From the NCBI RefSeq assembly GCF_028368995.1, contig NZ_JAQNDL010000001.1, positions 2,720,001 through 2,784,000 on the forward strand: 64,000 bases of DNA. Reading direction: 5' to 3'. The position numbers were made by a program, and so were the translations under genes. The stretch comes from Nannocystis bainbridge. GTDB taxonomy: Bacteria > Myxococcota_A > Polyangia > Nannocystales > Nannocystaceae. Shown piece after piece: positions 9,769-20,430 of this stretch; the stretch's first letter is position 1, and the number at the start of each line of letters is the position of its first letter. Below the pieces are notes generated by a model. That model saw nothing but the letters and a program-made list of their open reading frames with translations. It made no database searches and was not told the origin of the DNA.

Positions 9769-10788
9769 TCACTCGCCCGCGGCGGCCAGCGCTTCGACGG
9801 CGCGGCGCGTGTACACGCGGATCATGTCGCGGCGATAGGCCGCCTCGTAGGGCACGTTCTCGAGCGGCTTGCACTGCGCGTAGGCGGCGTCGGCGACCAT
9901 GCGCGCCACGGCCGGGTCGGCGAGCTTCTTGCCGGCGACGTCGTCGAGCTTGCTGAGCGTGCGCGGCTTGGAGCCGAGCACCCCGACGACCACCTTGACC
10001 GCGGCGACGGTCGCCTCGTCCTCGCCGAGGTCGAAGCGCACGGCCACGCTGACCAGCGGGAAGTCGATGCTCTTGCGCACCGACCACTTGATGTACTGCG
10101 ACCGCCGCGGACCCTTCGGCAGCGGCACGCGCAGCTCGGTCGTCACCTCGCCCGGCTTGGCGTTGGTGTGGGCCAGACCGTCGGCCTTGTAAAATTCCTC
10201 GATCGGCAGCGCGCGCACGCCCTCGGGGCCCGCCTGCACGATCGTCGCGTCGAGCGAGATGAGCACCGGCACGTTGTCCGAGCTCATCGCCGCCACGCAG
10301 TTGCGGCCGCCGGGGACCACGTGACACACGTTGCCCTCCGACTTGAGGCAGCCGCCGCCGAGCGCCTCGCGCCAGAAGTGGGTCTGGTTGACGTAGCGGC
10401 AGCGGGTGTCGAGGTTGACGTTGCCGCCGATGGTCCCCATGTTGCGGATCGGCGGGCTCGCCACCGCACCTGCGCTTTGGGACAGGCTGGGGAAGCGCCG
10501 CTGGACCTCGGGGTGCTCGCTCAATTGTGACAGCGTCACCCCGCTGCCGATGCGCAGCACGCCCGCGGCCTCGTCGAGCACGAGCCCGCGCAGGGCCGTC
10601 ACGCGCGACAGGCTCACCAGCACCGGCGGCAGCTCGGCGGGGTGCGCCGGCGTGCCGAGGTGGTGCTTGAGGTTGGGCAGGATGTCGGTGCCGCCGGCGA
10701 TGACGCGCGCGCCGGGCCGCTGCAGCGCGGTCACGACTTCGGCGACGCTCTCGGGGGCGACGACCTCGAATTGCGGCAGGCGCAGCAT
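9769..10788 (-). CDS. hcrB: FAD-binding subunit, 4-hydroxybenzoyl-CoA reductase beta-like
   Basis: AGGTD, IRNMGTIGGN and a four-Cys insert (DTRC..NQ..W..CLK..C..C) like the HcrB [4Fe-4S] insert. Confidence 0.8.
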   Translation of the reverse strand: MLRLPQFEVVAPESVAEVVTALQRPGARVIAGGTDILPNLKHHLGTPAHPAELPPVLVSLSRVTALRGLVLDEAAGVLRIGSGVTLSQLSEHPEVQRRFPSLSQSAGAVASPPIRNMGTIGGNVNLDTRCRYVNQTHFWREALGGGCLKSEGNVCHVVPGGRNCVAAMSSDNVPVLISLDATIVQAGPEGVRALPIEEFYKADGLAHTNAKPGEVTTELRVPLPKGPRRSQYIKWSVRKSIDFPLVSVAVRFDLGEDEATVAAVKVVVGVLGSKPRTLSKLDDVAGKKLADPAVARMVADAAYAQCKPLENVPYEAAYRRDMIRVYTRRAVEALAAAGE

Positions 10789-13227
10789 CAGGCGCTCCTC
10801 CGGGAGTTCAGATCCGCGGGCTTGTGCGGGGCGACCTGGCCGGCCCGCTCCTTCTCCTCGCGCTCGCGCAGCGCCGCGAGCACGGCCTGCGGCGTGAACG
10901 GCAGGCGGTCGAGGCGGACGCCGACGGCGTCGTAGATCGCGTTGGCGATCGCCGGGATGCTCGAGTGCAGCGGGCCCTCGCCGGCCTCCTTGGCGCCGTA
11001 GGGCCCGTTGGCGTCGGGCGCCTCGACGATCATCGCCTCGAGCTCGGGCGTGTCGAGGAAGGTCGGCATGCGGTAGTCGAGCAGGCTGGGGCCGATGTGC
11101 ACGCCGCGGTGGCCCGGGTCGACCGCGTGGCGCTCCATCAACGCCTCGCCGAAGCCCATGTACGTCGAGCCTTCGATCTGGCCCTCGACGATCTTGCGCG
11201 ACAGCGCCTTGCCGCAGTCGTGGGCGATCCAGATCGTCTTGACCTCGACGAGCCCGGTCTCGCGGTCGACCTCGACCTCGGCCACGTGGGCGGTGAACGA
11301 GTACGCCGGCGAGGCGCCGATCGTGCCGCCGCGGTACTCGCCGTGGCGGTCCTTCGGGGTGTTGTAGCTGCCGGTCTCACCGAGCAGGCCGTGGTCGGCC
11401 TCGGCCCACTGGAACGCCTGCGCGCTGTCGACGTGGCGCGACGGGTCCTCGCGGTCGATCGCCATGCGCCCGGCCAGGGTGACGCGCTGACGCGGGACGC
11501 CCCAGCGCTTGGCCACGCTGGAGCACACCTTGCGGCGCAGCCGCTGCGCGCCGTCGAGGCAGGCGTTGCCGACCATCAGGGTGATGCGCGACGAGTAGGC
11601 CCCGAGGTCGACCGGGCACAGGTCGGTGTCGGCCGACAGCACGCGGATGTCCTCGAGCGGGATCCCGAGCTCCTCCGACACGATCACCGCCAGCATCGTG
11701 TTGCTGCCCTGACCGATGTCGTTGGCGCCGCTGAACACCCGCGCCCGGCCGCTGCGGTCGAGGCAGATCTGGACCGCCGCCTGCGGCATCTCGTTGGGGT
11801 AGATCGGGTAGTTGGTGCCGCTGATGTAGGTCGAGCCGGCGATGCCGATCCCGCGGCCGTGAGGCAGCCCGCGCCGCTTCTCGACCCACCCCGACGAGCG
11901 CTCGACCTTCTCGAGGCACTCGAGGAAGCCCGACGAGCCGACGGTGAACTCGTTGACGGTCTTCTCGCCGGCCTTGATCGCGTTGCGGCGGCGCAGCTCG
12001 ATCGGGTCGAGGCCCAGGGCCGTCGCCGCCTTGTCGAGCTGGATCTCCATCGCGAACCGCGGCTGCACCGAGCCGTGGCCGCGCTTCGGTCCGCACGCCG
12101 GCTTGTTGGTGTAGGCGCGCGTGCTGTCGAACCGGTAGGCCGGGAACACGTACGGCGCGCACATCAACTGGCCCGAATAATACGTGGTGACCAGGCCGAA
12201 GCTCGAGTAGGCGCCGCCGTCGAGCAGCGTGCGCGCGTCGACGCCGAGCAGGCCGCCGTCCCTGGTGAAGCCCGTGCGGTGCTTCATCTTCATCGGGTGG
12301 CGGCCGCGGTGGGCGTAGAACACCTCTTCGCGGGTGTACAGCAGCTTGACCGGCCGACCTGTCTTCATGGCCAGCTTGGCGACCACGAACTCGAGGTCGA
12401 ACGGCTCGCTCTTGCCGCCGAAGGCCCCGCCGAGCGGCGGCTGGATCACGCGGATCTTGTGCGCCGGCAGCTCGAGCACCTTGGCCAGCTCGCGGTGCAG
12501 GTAGTGCGACACCTGCGTCGCCGACCACACGGTCAGGATCCCGCCGCCGTCGACGTGGGCGAGCGCGCAGTGAGGCTCGATCGCGCCGTGGGTGGTGCCC
12601 TCGAAGAAATACTCGCTCTCGATCACCAGGTCGGCGCGGGCCAGCTCGGCGTCGATGTCGCCGAACTCGAGCAGCACGTGCTTCGACACGTTGCCCTTGC
12701 GCGCGTACGGGTTGATCGTGCCCTCGCGGTCGCGGACCTTGAGCGCCTCTTCGGGGTCGAAGTACGGCTTCAGGACGTCGTACTCGACCTTGATCGCGCG
12801 CAGGGCCGCGTTGGCGGTGTCCTCGTCGACGGCCGCGATCGCGGCCAGGCCGTCGCCGACGTGGCACACCTTGTCGACCGCGAGCGCGTTCTCGTCGGGC
12901 GTCCACGGGATGATGCCGTAGGGGATCTTGAAGTCCTGGCCGGTGACGACCGCGAACACCCCGGGCATGGCCAGCGCGGCCGAGCTGTCGATCGACTTGA
13001 TGCGCGCGTGCGCGTGCGGGCTGCGCAAGATCTTGGCGTGCAGCATGCCCGGCAGCTTGAGGTCGTCGGTGTAGCGGGTGACGCCCCGCATGCGCTCCAT
13101 CGCGTCGACCTTGCGGTGCGACTTGCCGAGCTGCCACGCGATCCGGTCGCGCTCGGCCTGCTCGCTGGCCGCGTCGCCCGCGTCGCCCGTGTCGATGCCG
13201 ACGTCCGTCGCCTCGCGCTCCCCGTCG

Positions 13228-13238
<11 letters not shown>
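10788..13238 (-). CDS. hcrA: Molybdopterin-binding subunit, xanthine oxidase family, HcrA-like
   Basis: RSPHAHARI, GGAFGGK, RGHG, GQG, SSR and GPYGAKEAGEG motifs; lies between hcrC-like and hcrB-like genes. Confidence 0.75.
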
Positions 13239-13743
<505 letters not shown>

Positions 13744-13935
13744 GCTTCGACTTTTGCCCGACCCCCCCGGGCCGCGCAAGCGCGCCCCCGGCTCCAGACC
13801 GTGCGTAACCTCGCCGCAGCGCCCGCTGGGCCCGGTCCGCCGCGAAGCCCGAGTGCGCGCCGCGCCGCACGCTGCCCGTCACGCCCGCCGCGAGCCCGCC
13901 GGCGCGAGCGGTCCGCGTGATATGCTCGCGCGTCC

Positions 13936-15240
13936 ATGACGGCTGCGCAGGCTCGCGGATCTCGCCGGCACGGCCGTCGCGGCAAGGCAGGGCCGAGCAC
14001 GCTCCGCCCGGTCCTCGCGGTCCTCATGACGACGCTGGCCGCCTGCGCGATCGAGCGCGGCAAGCCGTGGGGGCCGCCGGTGGTGCCCGCGGTGCCGGCT
14101 GTCCCGGAGGTCAGCCTGGTCCTGCTCGGCGACGTGGGCGCGCGCGGCGGGGCGGGCCAGGCGACGGCGGTCGAGCTGCAGCGCGTGCTGGCCGAACACA
14201 AGCGGCGCGGCCGACCCGCGGTGGTGCTCTGGCTCGGCGACAACATCGGCCCGGTCGGCCCCGGCGACCTCGGCCGCTGCACCCCGGTGTCCGCCGCGTG
14301 GCAACAGAAGGGCCCGGCCGCGCTGGCGCGGGTGGTCCGCGACCACGTCGCCGCCGGCGGCGCGGTGCTGGCCGCGCTCGGCGAGCAGGACTGGCGCTGC
14401 GGCCAGCCCGAGCTCGAGCTGCAGTCCGAGCCCGACAAGGGCCCGCACCCGTGGGCCATGCCGGGCCACAACTACGCGTTCGCCGTCTATCCCGACGGAC
14501 ATGTCCGTGTGACCATGTCCTGTGCGACAGGTCTTTGCGCACCGGGCCCCAAGGACATGTCCCCCGAGACATCTCCGCTGGTCGAGCTGGTGGTGGTCGA
14601 CAGCGCCGCCTGGCTGGCGCCGCCGCCCGTCGCCACCCCGGCGGCCGCGCGCGCCGACCAGAGCCTGGCCGAGCAGGAGGCGCTGCTGGCCGCGCTGACG
14701 GCTTCACCGACCGCGTGGCCGCGCCTGCTCGTCAGCCACCACCCGCTCGAGAGCGCCGGCCCGCACGGCGTCGGCGGGATGTACAGCGACAGCGGCTTCT
14801 ACCTCCACGCCGCGCCGGTGCGCCGGGCCGTCGACGCCGGGCTGTTCGCCGGGGCGCTGTCGGCCCACGACCGCATGCTGCTGGCGACCGCCGACATCGG
14901 CGCGGCGACCAAGCGCTCGAGCCGCTACTGGCTCAAGCACCCGGTGTTCCAGGTCGTGTCGGGCTCGGCCTCGGCCCCCGACAGCCGCGCCGGGGCCCGC
15001 GGCGCCTGGTACTTCCAGAGCACGACGCTGCGGGCCGAAATGCAGACCCAGCGCCCCGGCTTCGCCGAGCTCTACGTGCGCGAGGACAGCGTGACCGCGG
15101 TGCTCCGCCGCCGCCGCGCCGGCCGCTGGGGCGCAGGCACGCTGACGATCCCGCTCGGACGCCCGCCCCACCCGGCCGAGACGCCGTCGCCGGTGATGGA
15201 CCCCTGCCTGTACTGCGACCCGGTCCCGCCGCGCCAGTGA
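13936..15240 (+). CDS. Calcineurin-like metallophosphoesterase-fold lipoprotein with degenerate motifs
   Basis: LAAC lipobox; LLGDVG, LGDNI, GEQDW, SHHP, SAHDR; start uncertain. Confidence 0.72.
   Translation: MTAAQARGSRRHGRRGKAGPSTLRPVLAVLMTTLAACAIERGKPWGPPVVPAVPAVPEVSLVLLGDVGARGGAGQATAVELQRVLAEHKRRGRPAVVLWLGDNIGPVGPGDLGRCTPVSAAWQQKGPAALARVVRDHVAAGGAVLAALGEQDWRCGQPELELQSEPDKGPHPWAMPGHNYAFAVYPDGHVRVTMSCATGLCAPGPKDMSPETSPLVELVVVDSAAWLAPPPVATPAAARADQSLAEQEALLAALTASPTAWPRLLVSHHPLESAGPHGVGGMYSDSGFYLHAAPVRRAVDAGLFAGALSAHDRMLLATADIGAATKRSSRYWLKHPVFQVVSGSASAPDSRAGARGAWYFQSTTLRAEMQTQRPGFAELYVREDSVTAVLRRRRAGRWGAGTLTIPLGRPPHPAETPSPVMDPCLYCDPVPPRQ
14497..14576. repeat. In-frame 14-bp periodic array inside the metallophosphoesterase CDS
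   Basis: Cores at 14500, 14514, 14528 (CAGG), 14542 (CCGG), 14556, 14570 (CATC). Confidence 0.78.
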
Positions 15241-15291
15241 GGCTGTCCCGGCCTCACGTGGGCGCAGCGAGCACCTGTCCCGAGCGCCAGC

Positions 15292-16482
15292 TCAGGGCTT
15301 CATCTCGCAGTCCTTCTCCGGCATGGCGCCGATCCAGTCGCGGATCAGCTGGACCCCGTGCGCGTCGATCACCCGGTTCGGCAGCTCGGGCATCTTGATC
15401 TCCGGGTCGAGCGAGTCCATGCGGAACATGACGATGCTGTCGTCCGGCTTGCCCGGGACGATGTCGTGGTAGCGGCCCCCGGCGCCAGGGCCCGCGGCGG
15501 CCGGCACCTTGCACACGCCATACTTGGCCGGATCGCCCTCCCAGCCGAGGAACACCAGCCCGCTCTTGCCCGCGCCCGCGCCGAGGCGGTGGCAGTGCGA
15601 GCAATTGGCGTGCAGGTACGAGCGGGCCCGGTCGTCGAGCGAGGCGTCGCCGAACGGGTCGACGAACCGCGGCATCGCCTGCATGTCGGGCAGCGACCCC
15701 GCGAACATGTCCTGGGCGGCGAGCCACTCGATCTGGTTGACGGCCTGCCCGTCGACGCTCACCTGCATGTTGAGCTGATGGGTGATCACCCCCAGCAGGT
15801 GGGTGGTGTCGTCGCGCTCGTGGCAGCTCTCGCACTGGTCGAGGTTGGGCACGATGTACTCCTCGACCTGGGCCTCGCCGTCCTCGTCGATGAACTCGAC
15901 GTCGACCCGCTTGCCGATCTTGTGCAGCGTGGCCTCGGTCTGCTCGTCGTTCCACAGGTACGTCACCGACTGCCACGCGCCGGCCTCGAGGTACAGGAGG
16001 CGCGTCTCGATCATCCGCCGCCCCGCGGCCGGGTCGCGGCGGTCGTGGTCGAACCAGAAGTTCTTGATGATCACGGAGCCGTCCGGGAAGCTCCAGTCCT
16101 CGCCGTCGGTGAAGCCGATCGCGCCGCCCTCCGGCAGGACGATGAAGCGGCCCTTGCCGGCCGCGTCGGACCACAGCGGCGCGACCACCGTGTAGGGCAC
16201 CACGCCGTCCTTCGGCCCCAGGTCGACCATCGGGTCGCCGAAGAAATCGTAGTCGCTGAGCTTCGGCAGCGGCCACGGGCCCTCGAGCGGGCAGCGCGTG
16301 GACCCGGCGCACGGGTCGCCGGTGGTCGGCGCGGTCGTGTCGCCGGAGCCGGTGCCGGTGCCGGACGTCGTCTCGGTCCCGCCGGCCGTCTCGGTGTCCG
16401 CCTTGCCGGCCTCGCCGCAGCCGGCACCGACGATCAAGATGGCCGCAAGACCATGTCCTCGCATCCATGTCCTCCGGGGCAT
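15292..16482 (-). CDS. SO2930/HNE_0200-family diheme c-type cytochrome lipoprotein
   Basis: PLWSDAAGK, FPDGSVIIK, IETRLL, and CESCH and CSHCH heme motifs; start may be 16464. Confidence 0.88.
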   Translation of the reverse strand: MPRRTWMRGHGLAAILIVGAGCGEAGKADTETAGGTETTSGTGTGSGDTTAPTTGDPCAGSTRCPLEGPWPLPKLSDYDFFGDPMVDLGPKDGVVPYTVVAPLWSDAAGKGRFIVLPEGGAIGFTDGEDWSFPDGSVIIKNFWFDHDRRDPAAGRRMIETRLLYLEAGAWQSVTYLWNDEQTEATLHKIGKRVDVEFIDEDGEAQVEEYIVPNLDQCESCHERDDTTHLLGVITHQLNMQVSVDGQAVNQIEWLAAQDMFAGSLPDMQAMPRFVDPFGDASLDDRARSYLHANCSHCHRLGAGAGKSGLVFLGWEGDPAKYGVCKVPAAAGPGAGGRYHDIVPGKPDDSIVMFRMDSLDPEIKMPELPNRVIDAHGVQLIRDWIGAMPEKDCEMKP

Positions 16483-16486
16483 GTCG
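16449..16486. repeat. 14-bp periodic array over the cytochrome start region
   Basis: CATG at 16452, 16466, 16480. Confidence 0.75.
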
Positions 16487-16495
16487 GGTCTCCGT

Positions 16496-17875
16496 TCAGC
16501 CGGCCGGCAGCTCGGGCAGGCTGATGCCCTCGCAGGTGACCGGGCCCAGGTCGGTGCTCTTGTCGGCGAGGCCGCCGCACAGGTCGAAGTTCATGTAGTC
16601 GGCGTCGCCGTTCTGCCACAGGCAGTTGACCAGCGCCGGGTCCATCGCCATCGCGTCGGGGTCGAGGCAACCGTCGAAGATGATGTCGGGCGTGGGCACG
16701 CCGACCACCCCGTCGATCGGCGTGGCGGGCATCGTCCCGTTGTCCTCGAAGCTGTTGTCGTGGATGTAGTTGCCCTCGGCGTACTGATCGAAGTTGGGGT
16801 CCTCGGCCGGCTCGAGCCCGATCGCCTCGTTGTAGCTGACGAGGATCACGCCGGTGGTGCGGTTGCCGCGGATGATGTTGTCGCGGATCTCGTTCTCGTC
16901 GGCGGCCAGGACCATGAAGCCGATGCCCGGCGGGACCGCGGCCACCGAGGTGCCGGGGATGCCGAAGTTGTTGCCGTTGTTGTTCTCGACGATGTTCTCG
17001 TAGCAGAGCGTGTGCTTGCCGTCCTGGACCGGCAGGCCCGGGAGGTTGAAGATCAGGATGCCGGCGGTGTTGTCGTGGGTGTGGTTGCGGCGCACCGTCG
17101 CCCCGGTCGAGTTCTCGATCTCGATGCCGGCGACGTTGTCGTAGGCCTCGTTGTCCTCGACCAAAATGTTCGTCGACTGGCCGACGTAGATCCCCGCGTC
17201 GCGGGCGCCGATGACCCGCGAGTTGCGGATCACCACGCCGGTGGAGCCGACCGGGTAGAAGCCGTAGGCGCCGCTCTCCTCCGACTCCTTGGCGGCCCAC
17301 TCGACCGAGATGTCGTCGAAGGTGATGTCGGCGACGTCGTCGCCGCGGATGCCGTCGCCCGGCGTCTCCTTCACGGTGAACGACTTCACGGTGACGCCGT
17401 CGCCGCTGATCTTGATGCCGTTGGCGCCGAGGTCCTGGGTGCTGAAGTCGAGGATCGTCAGGTCGCGGCCGGCGCCGCGCAGGGTCAGGTTGTCGGCCGA
17501 GATCGAGATCTCGGTGTTGAGCGAGAAGGTGCCCTCGGCCATGCAGACGACGTCGCCGTCGGCCGCGTCGAGCAGCGCGCCTTGCAGCGCCGCAACGTCG
17601 TCGTCGCTCGGGCTGACGAGCGCGTCGCAGTCGGCCGGAATCGGCTCGCCGGTGGTCGGCTCGGTGCCCTGCGTACCGTCAGTCGTGGTCGGCTCGGTCC
17701 CCTGCGTGCCGTCGGTCCCCTGCGTGCCGTCGGTCCCCTGCGTGCCGGCGGTCGAGTCGGTGGTGTCGGTGTCGCCCTTGTCGTCGCCACCACATGCCCC
17801 GAGGGACAGGCTGAGCGCGAGGCCGGCGGCGGCGCGCGCGAAGGAGAGGGAGCGACAGGGACCAGGAGACTTCAT
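16496..17875 (-). CDS. Parallel beta-helix repeat lipoprotein (usual partner of SO2930-type cytochromes)
   Basis: [41 protein letters not shown]; GTQGTD 18-bp linker repeats. Confidence 0.9.
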   Translation of the reverse strand: MKSPGPCRSLSFARAAAGLALSLSLGACGGDDKGDTDTTDSTAGTQGTDGTQGTDGTQGTEPTTTDGTQGTEPTTGEPIPADCDALVSPSDDDVAALQGALLDAADGDVVCMAEGTFSLNTEISISADNLTLRGAGRDLTILDFSTQDLGANGIKISGDGVTVKSFTVKETPGDGIRGDDVADITFDDISVEWAAKESEESGAYGFYPVGSTGVVIRNSRVIGARDAGIYVGQSTNILVEDNEAYDNVAGIEIENSTGATVRRNHTHDNTAGILIFNLPGLPVQDGKHTLCYENIVENNNGNNFGIPGTSVAAVPPGIGFMVLAADENEIRDNIIRGNRTTGVILVSYNEAIGLEPAEDPNFDQYAEGNYIHDNSFEDNGTMPATPIDGVVGVPTPDIIFDGCLDPDAMAMDPALVNCLWQNGDADYMNFDLCGGLADKSTDLGPVTCEGISLPELPAG

Positions 17876-18066
17876 GCCAGGCATTTCACACCTTCATACC
17901 CGATGCGAGGACCGCGTCGCCAGATCGACGGTCGCGTGACGTCTTCTTCACGCACTGCACCGCGCACGCCGCCGCCGTGATGAGCCGCGGCAAAACGCAC
18001 GGGGCGCGGACCCGCGAGCGTCTGCGCAGACTGCGATAGAGTCGCCGACGGGGAGCCACTGACTCA

Positions 18067-20301
18067 ATGACTCAACGATTTTCTCGCCGCCAATTCTTGC
18101 GTGCGACGCTCGTCAGCGTCGTCTCCGCCGGCCTGTCCGCCTGCAAGGGCGACGGCGACGGGGTCACCGACAGCGACGGCTCGACGGGCACGGACGGCAC
18201 CGAACCGACCGGCAGCACCGCGCCGACGACCGGCGCCGAGGAGCCGCTGCTCGACGGTGAGGCGTACTTTCCCCAGTCGGTGGCGTCCGGCGACCCGCGG
18301 CCCGACAGCGTGATCCTGTGGACCCGCATCGACGACGCTGCGGCGGGCGACGGTGATCTCGAGCTCACCGTGGAGGTGGCGACCGACCCCGAATTCACGG
18401 TGCGCGTCGACCTCGACGCGGCCAGCGCGGCGGTCCCGTCCCGCGCGATGTTCGACCGCTGCGCCAAGGCCAAGATCAAGGGCCTCGAGCCCGCGACCAC
18501 CTATTATTATAGATTCGTTCACAATCGCGAAGACGGCCGATACGCCAGCCAGGTCGGCAAAACCCGCACTGCGCCGGCTCCTGAGGCCGATGTCGCGGTC
18601 CGCTTCGCCTACGCGTCGTGCCAGGATTTCAACGGCCGCTATTATAATAGCTACCGCGGCCTGCTGGCCGAGCCGGATCTGGACTTCTTCGTTCACCTCG
18701 GTGACTACATCTACGAAACTACCGGCGACCCGACGTTCCAGGCGGCCGGCCGCGGGATCGCGTTCTCGGACACGGCCGGGGCGATCGTGTTCAACGAGGG
18801 CACCGAGACCGAGTACTTCGCGGCCAAGAGCCTCAGCAATTACCGCGAGCTGTACCGCGGCTATCGCTCCGACCCGGCGCTGCGGCGCGTGCACGAGAGC
18901 CTGGCGATGATCGCGGTGTGGGACGACCACGAGTTCAGCGACGACTGCTTCGGCGCGACCGCGACCTACTTCGACGGCCGCGTCGACGAGCACGACGAGG
19001 CCCGCCGCAAGCACGCCAACCAGGCGTGGTTCGAGTACATGCCGATCGACTTCGGCGACGACGAATTCGTGTACGACCCGAGCAAGCCGTACCCGCAGGA
19101 CATCAAGATCTACCGCGATTTCCGGTTCGGCAAGCACCTCCACCTGGTGATGACCGACCTCCGCAGCTATCGCCCCGACCACCTGATCCCCGAGGACGGG
19201 TTCCCCGGCGCAGTGGTGCTCGACGAGGCCGCGCTGGTCGAGCAATTCGGCTCGCTGCCCGAGTTCGCCGGGCCGTACGTCGACGACATCGACACCTACC
19301 AGGACGGCGTCTACAAGGACGCGCTGACCGCCGCCGCCGCCGCGCTCGGCTTCGACCCCGCGCTCGTCACCGGCAAGATCGACGCGAACTTCATCAACAA
19401 CACCCTGGCCGCGGTCGACGATGCGACCCCGCCGATCGACGAGGCCGAGCTGGCGACGCTGCCGCGCGGGCTGTCGTTCCTCGGCCTCGGCAAGCGCGGC
19501 ATCCACGGCTCGATCGGCGCCCGCTACTTCGTCGTCAAGCCGGCCTTCGACGCCTGGGCGGCGGCCCGCGCCAAGGCGGAGCCGGCCTCGGTCGACGTCA
19601 TGGGCGCGGCCCAGCGCGAGTGGTTCCTGCAGACCATGAAGGGCTCGACGGCGACGTGGAAGGTGTGGGGCACCGAGTACACGCTGATGCCGCTGGTGAT
19701 CGACCTGACGTCGTTCCCGATCGAGCCGTTCAACCAGCTCTACTACATCAACGTCGACCAGTGGGACGGCTTCAACCCGGCCCGCGACGCGCTGCTCGGC
19801 GAGCTGCAGGCGGTCGACAACGTGGTCGCCATCACCGGTGACATCCACGCCTTCTACGCCGGCACGCCGATGGTCGCCGGCGCGCCCGACGAGAAGATCG
19901 TCGAGCTGGTCGGCGCGGGCATCAGCTCGACGCCGTTCCAGTCGCTGCTGGTGCTGCAGGTCGCGGCCGACCCGACCCTCAGCAGCCTGCCGGGCGCCGG
20001 CATGCTGGCCGCGGCGATCGACGCCCTGTTCACCGGCACGACCACCAACCCGCACCTCGCCTTCGCCGACTCGAGCCGCAACGGCTTCGTCAGCGTGGTC
20101 GTCGACGGGGCCGGGTTCGACGCGACCTTCCACATGCTGAGCGAGAGCGAGTCGCTGATCGACTACGAGGGCATGGACGACGCCCTGGCCGGCAAGTTCA
20201 AGCGCGAGAAGTTCCAGGTCAAGCCCGGCGGGCGCGACCTCTACCGCGACTTCGCCGGCACCTACAAGCGCTGGGACCCGACCACCAACACGTGGGTCTG
20301 A
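18067..20301 (+). CDS. phoD: Alkaline phosphatase D family, Tat-exported lipoprotein
   Basis: SRRQFL Tat motif, FPQSVASGDP, HLGDYIYE, WDDHE, DQWDG, TGDIH. Confidence 0.95.
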   Translation: MTQRFSRRQFLRATLVSVVSAGLSACKGDGDGVTDSDGSTGTDGTEPTGSTAPTTGAEEPLLDGEAYFPQSVASGDPRPDSVILWTRIDDAAAGDGDLELTVEVATDPEFTVRVDLDAASAAVPSRAMFDRCAKAKIKGLEPATTYYYRFVHNREDGRYASQVGKTRTAPAPEADVAVRFAYASCQDFNGRYYNSYRGLLAEPDLDFFVHLGDYIYETTGDPTFQAAGRGIAFSDTAGAIVFNEGTETEYFAAKSLSNYRELYRGYRSDPALRRVHESLAMIAVWDDHEFSDDCFGATATYFDGRVDEHDEARRKHANQAWFEYMPIDFGDDEFVYDPSKPYPQDIKIYRDFRFGKHLHLVMTDLRSYRPDHLIPEDGFPGAVVLDEAALVEQFGSLPEFAGPYVDDIDTYQDGVYKDALTAAAAALGFDPALVTGKIDANFINNTLAAVDDATPPIDEAELATLPRGLSFLGLGKRGIHGSIGARYFVVKPAFDAWAAARAKAEPASVDVMGAAQREWFLQTMKGSTATWKVWGTEYTLMPLVIDLTSFPIEPFNQLYYINVDQWDGFNPARDALLGELQAVDNVVAITGDIHAFYAGTPMVAGAPDEKIVELVGAGISSTPFQSLLVLQVAADPTLSSLPGAGMLAAAIDALFTGTTTNPHLAFADSSRNGFVSVVVDGAGFDATFHMLSESESLIDYEGMDDALAGKFKREKFQVKPGGRDLYRDFAGTYKRWDPTTNTWV

Positions 20302-20340
20302 CCTTTCGGACATGGCCGATCGGGCATGTCCGAAGCGACA
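20299..20340. repeat. Three-unit 14-bp palindrome array starting at the phoD stop codon
   Basis: TGACC-TTTC-GGACA, TGGCC-GATC-GGGCA, TGTCC-GAAG-CGACA. Confidence 0.8.
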
Positions 20341-20430
20341 CCCGATCCGCAAAATAAAACGCGGCCACCGCCGATGCGGTGGCCGCGGTGGGCCGCCCCG
20401 GGCTCCCTCCCCGGGACGCGCTCACGGAGC

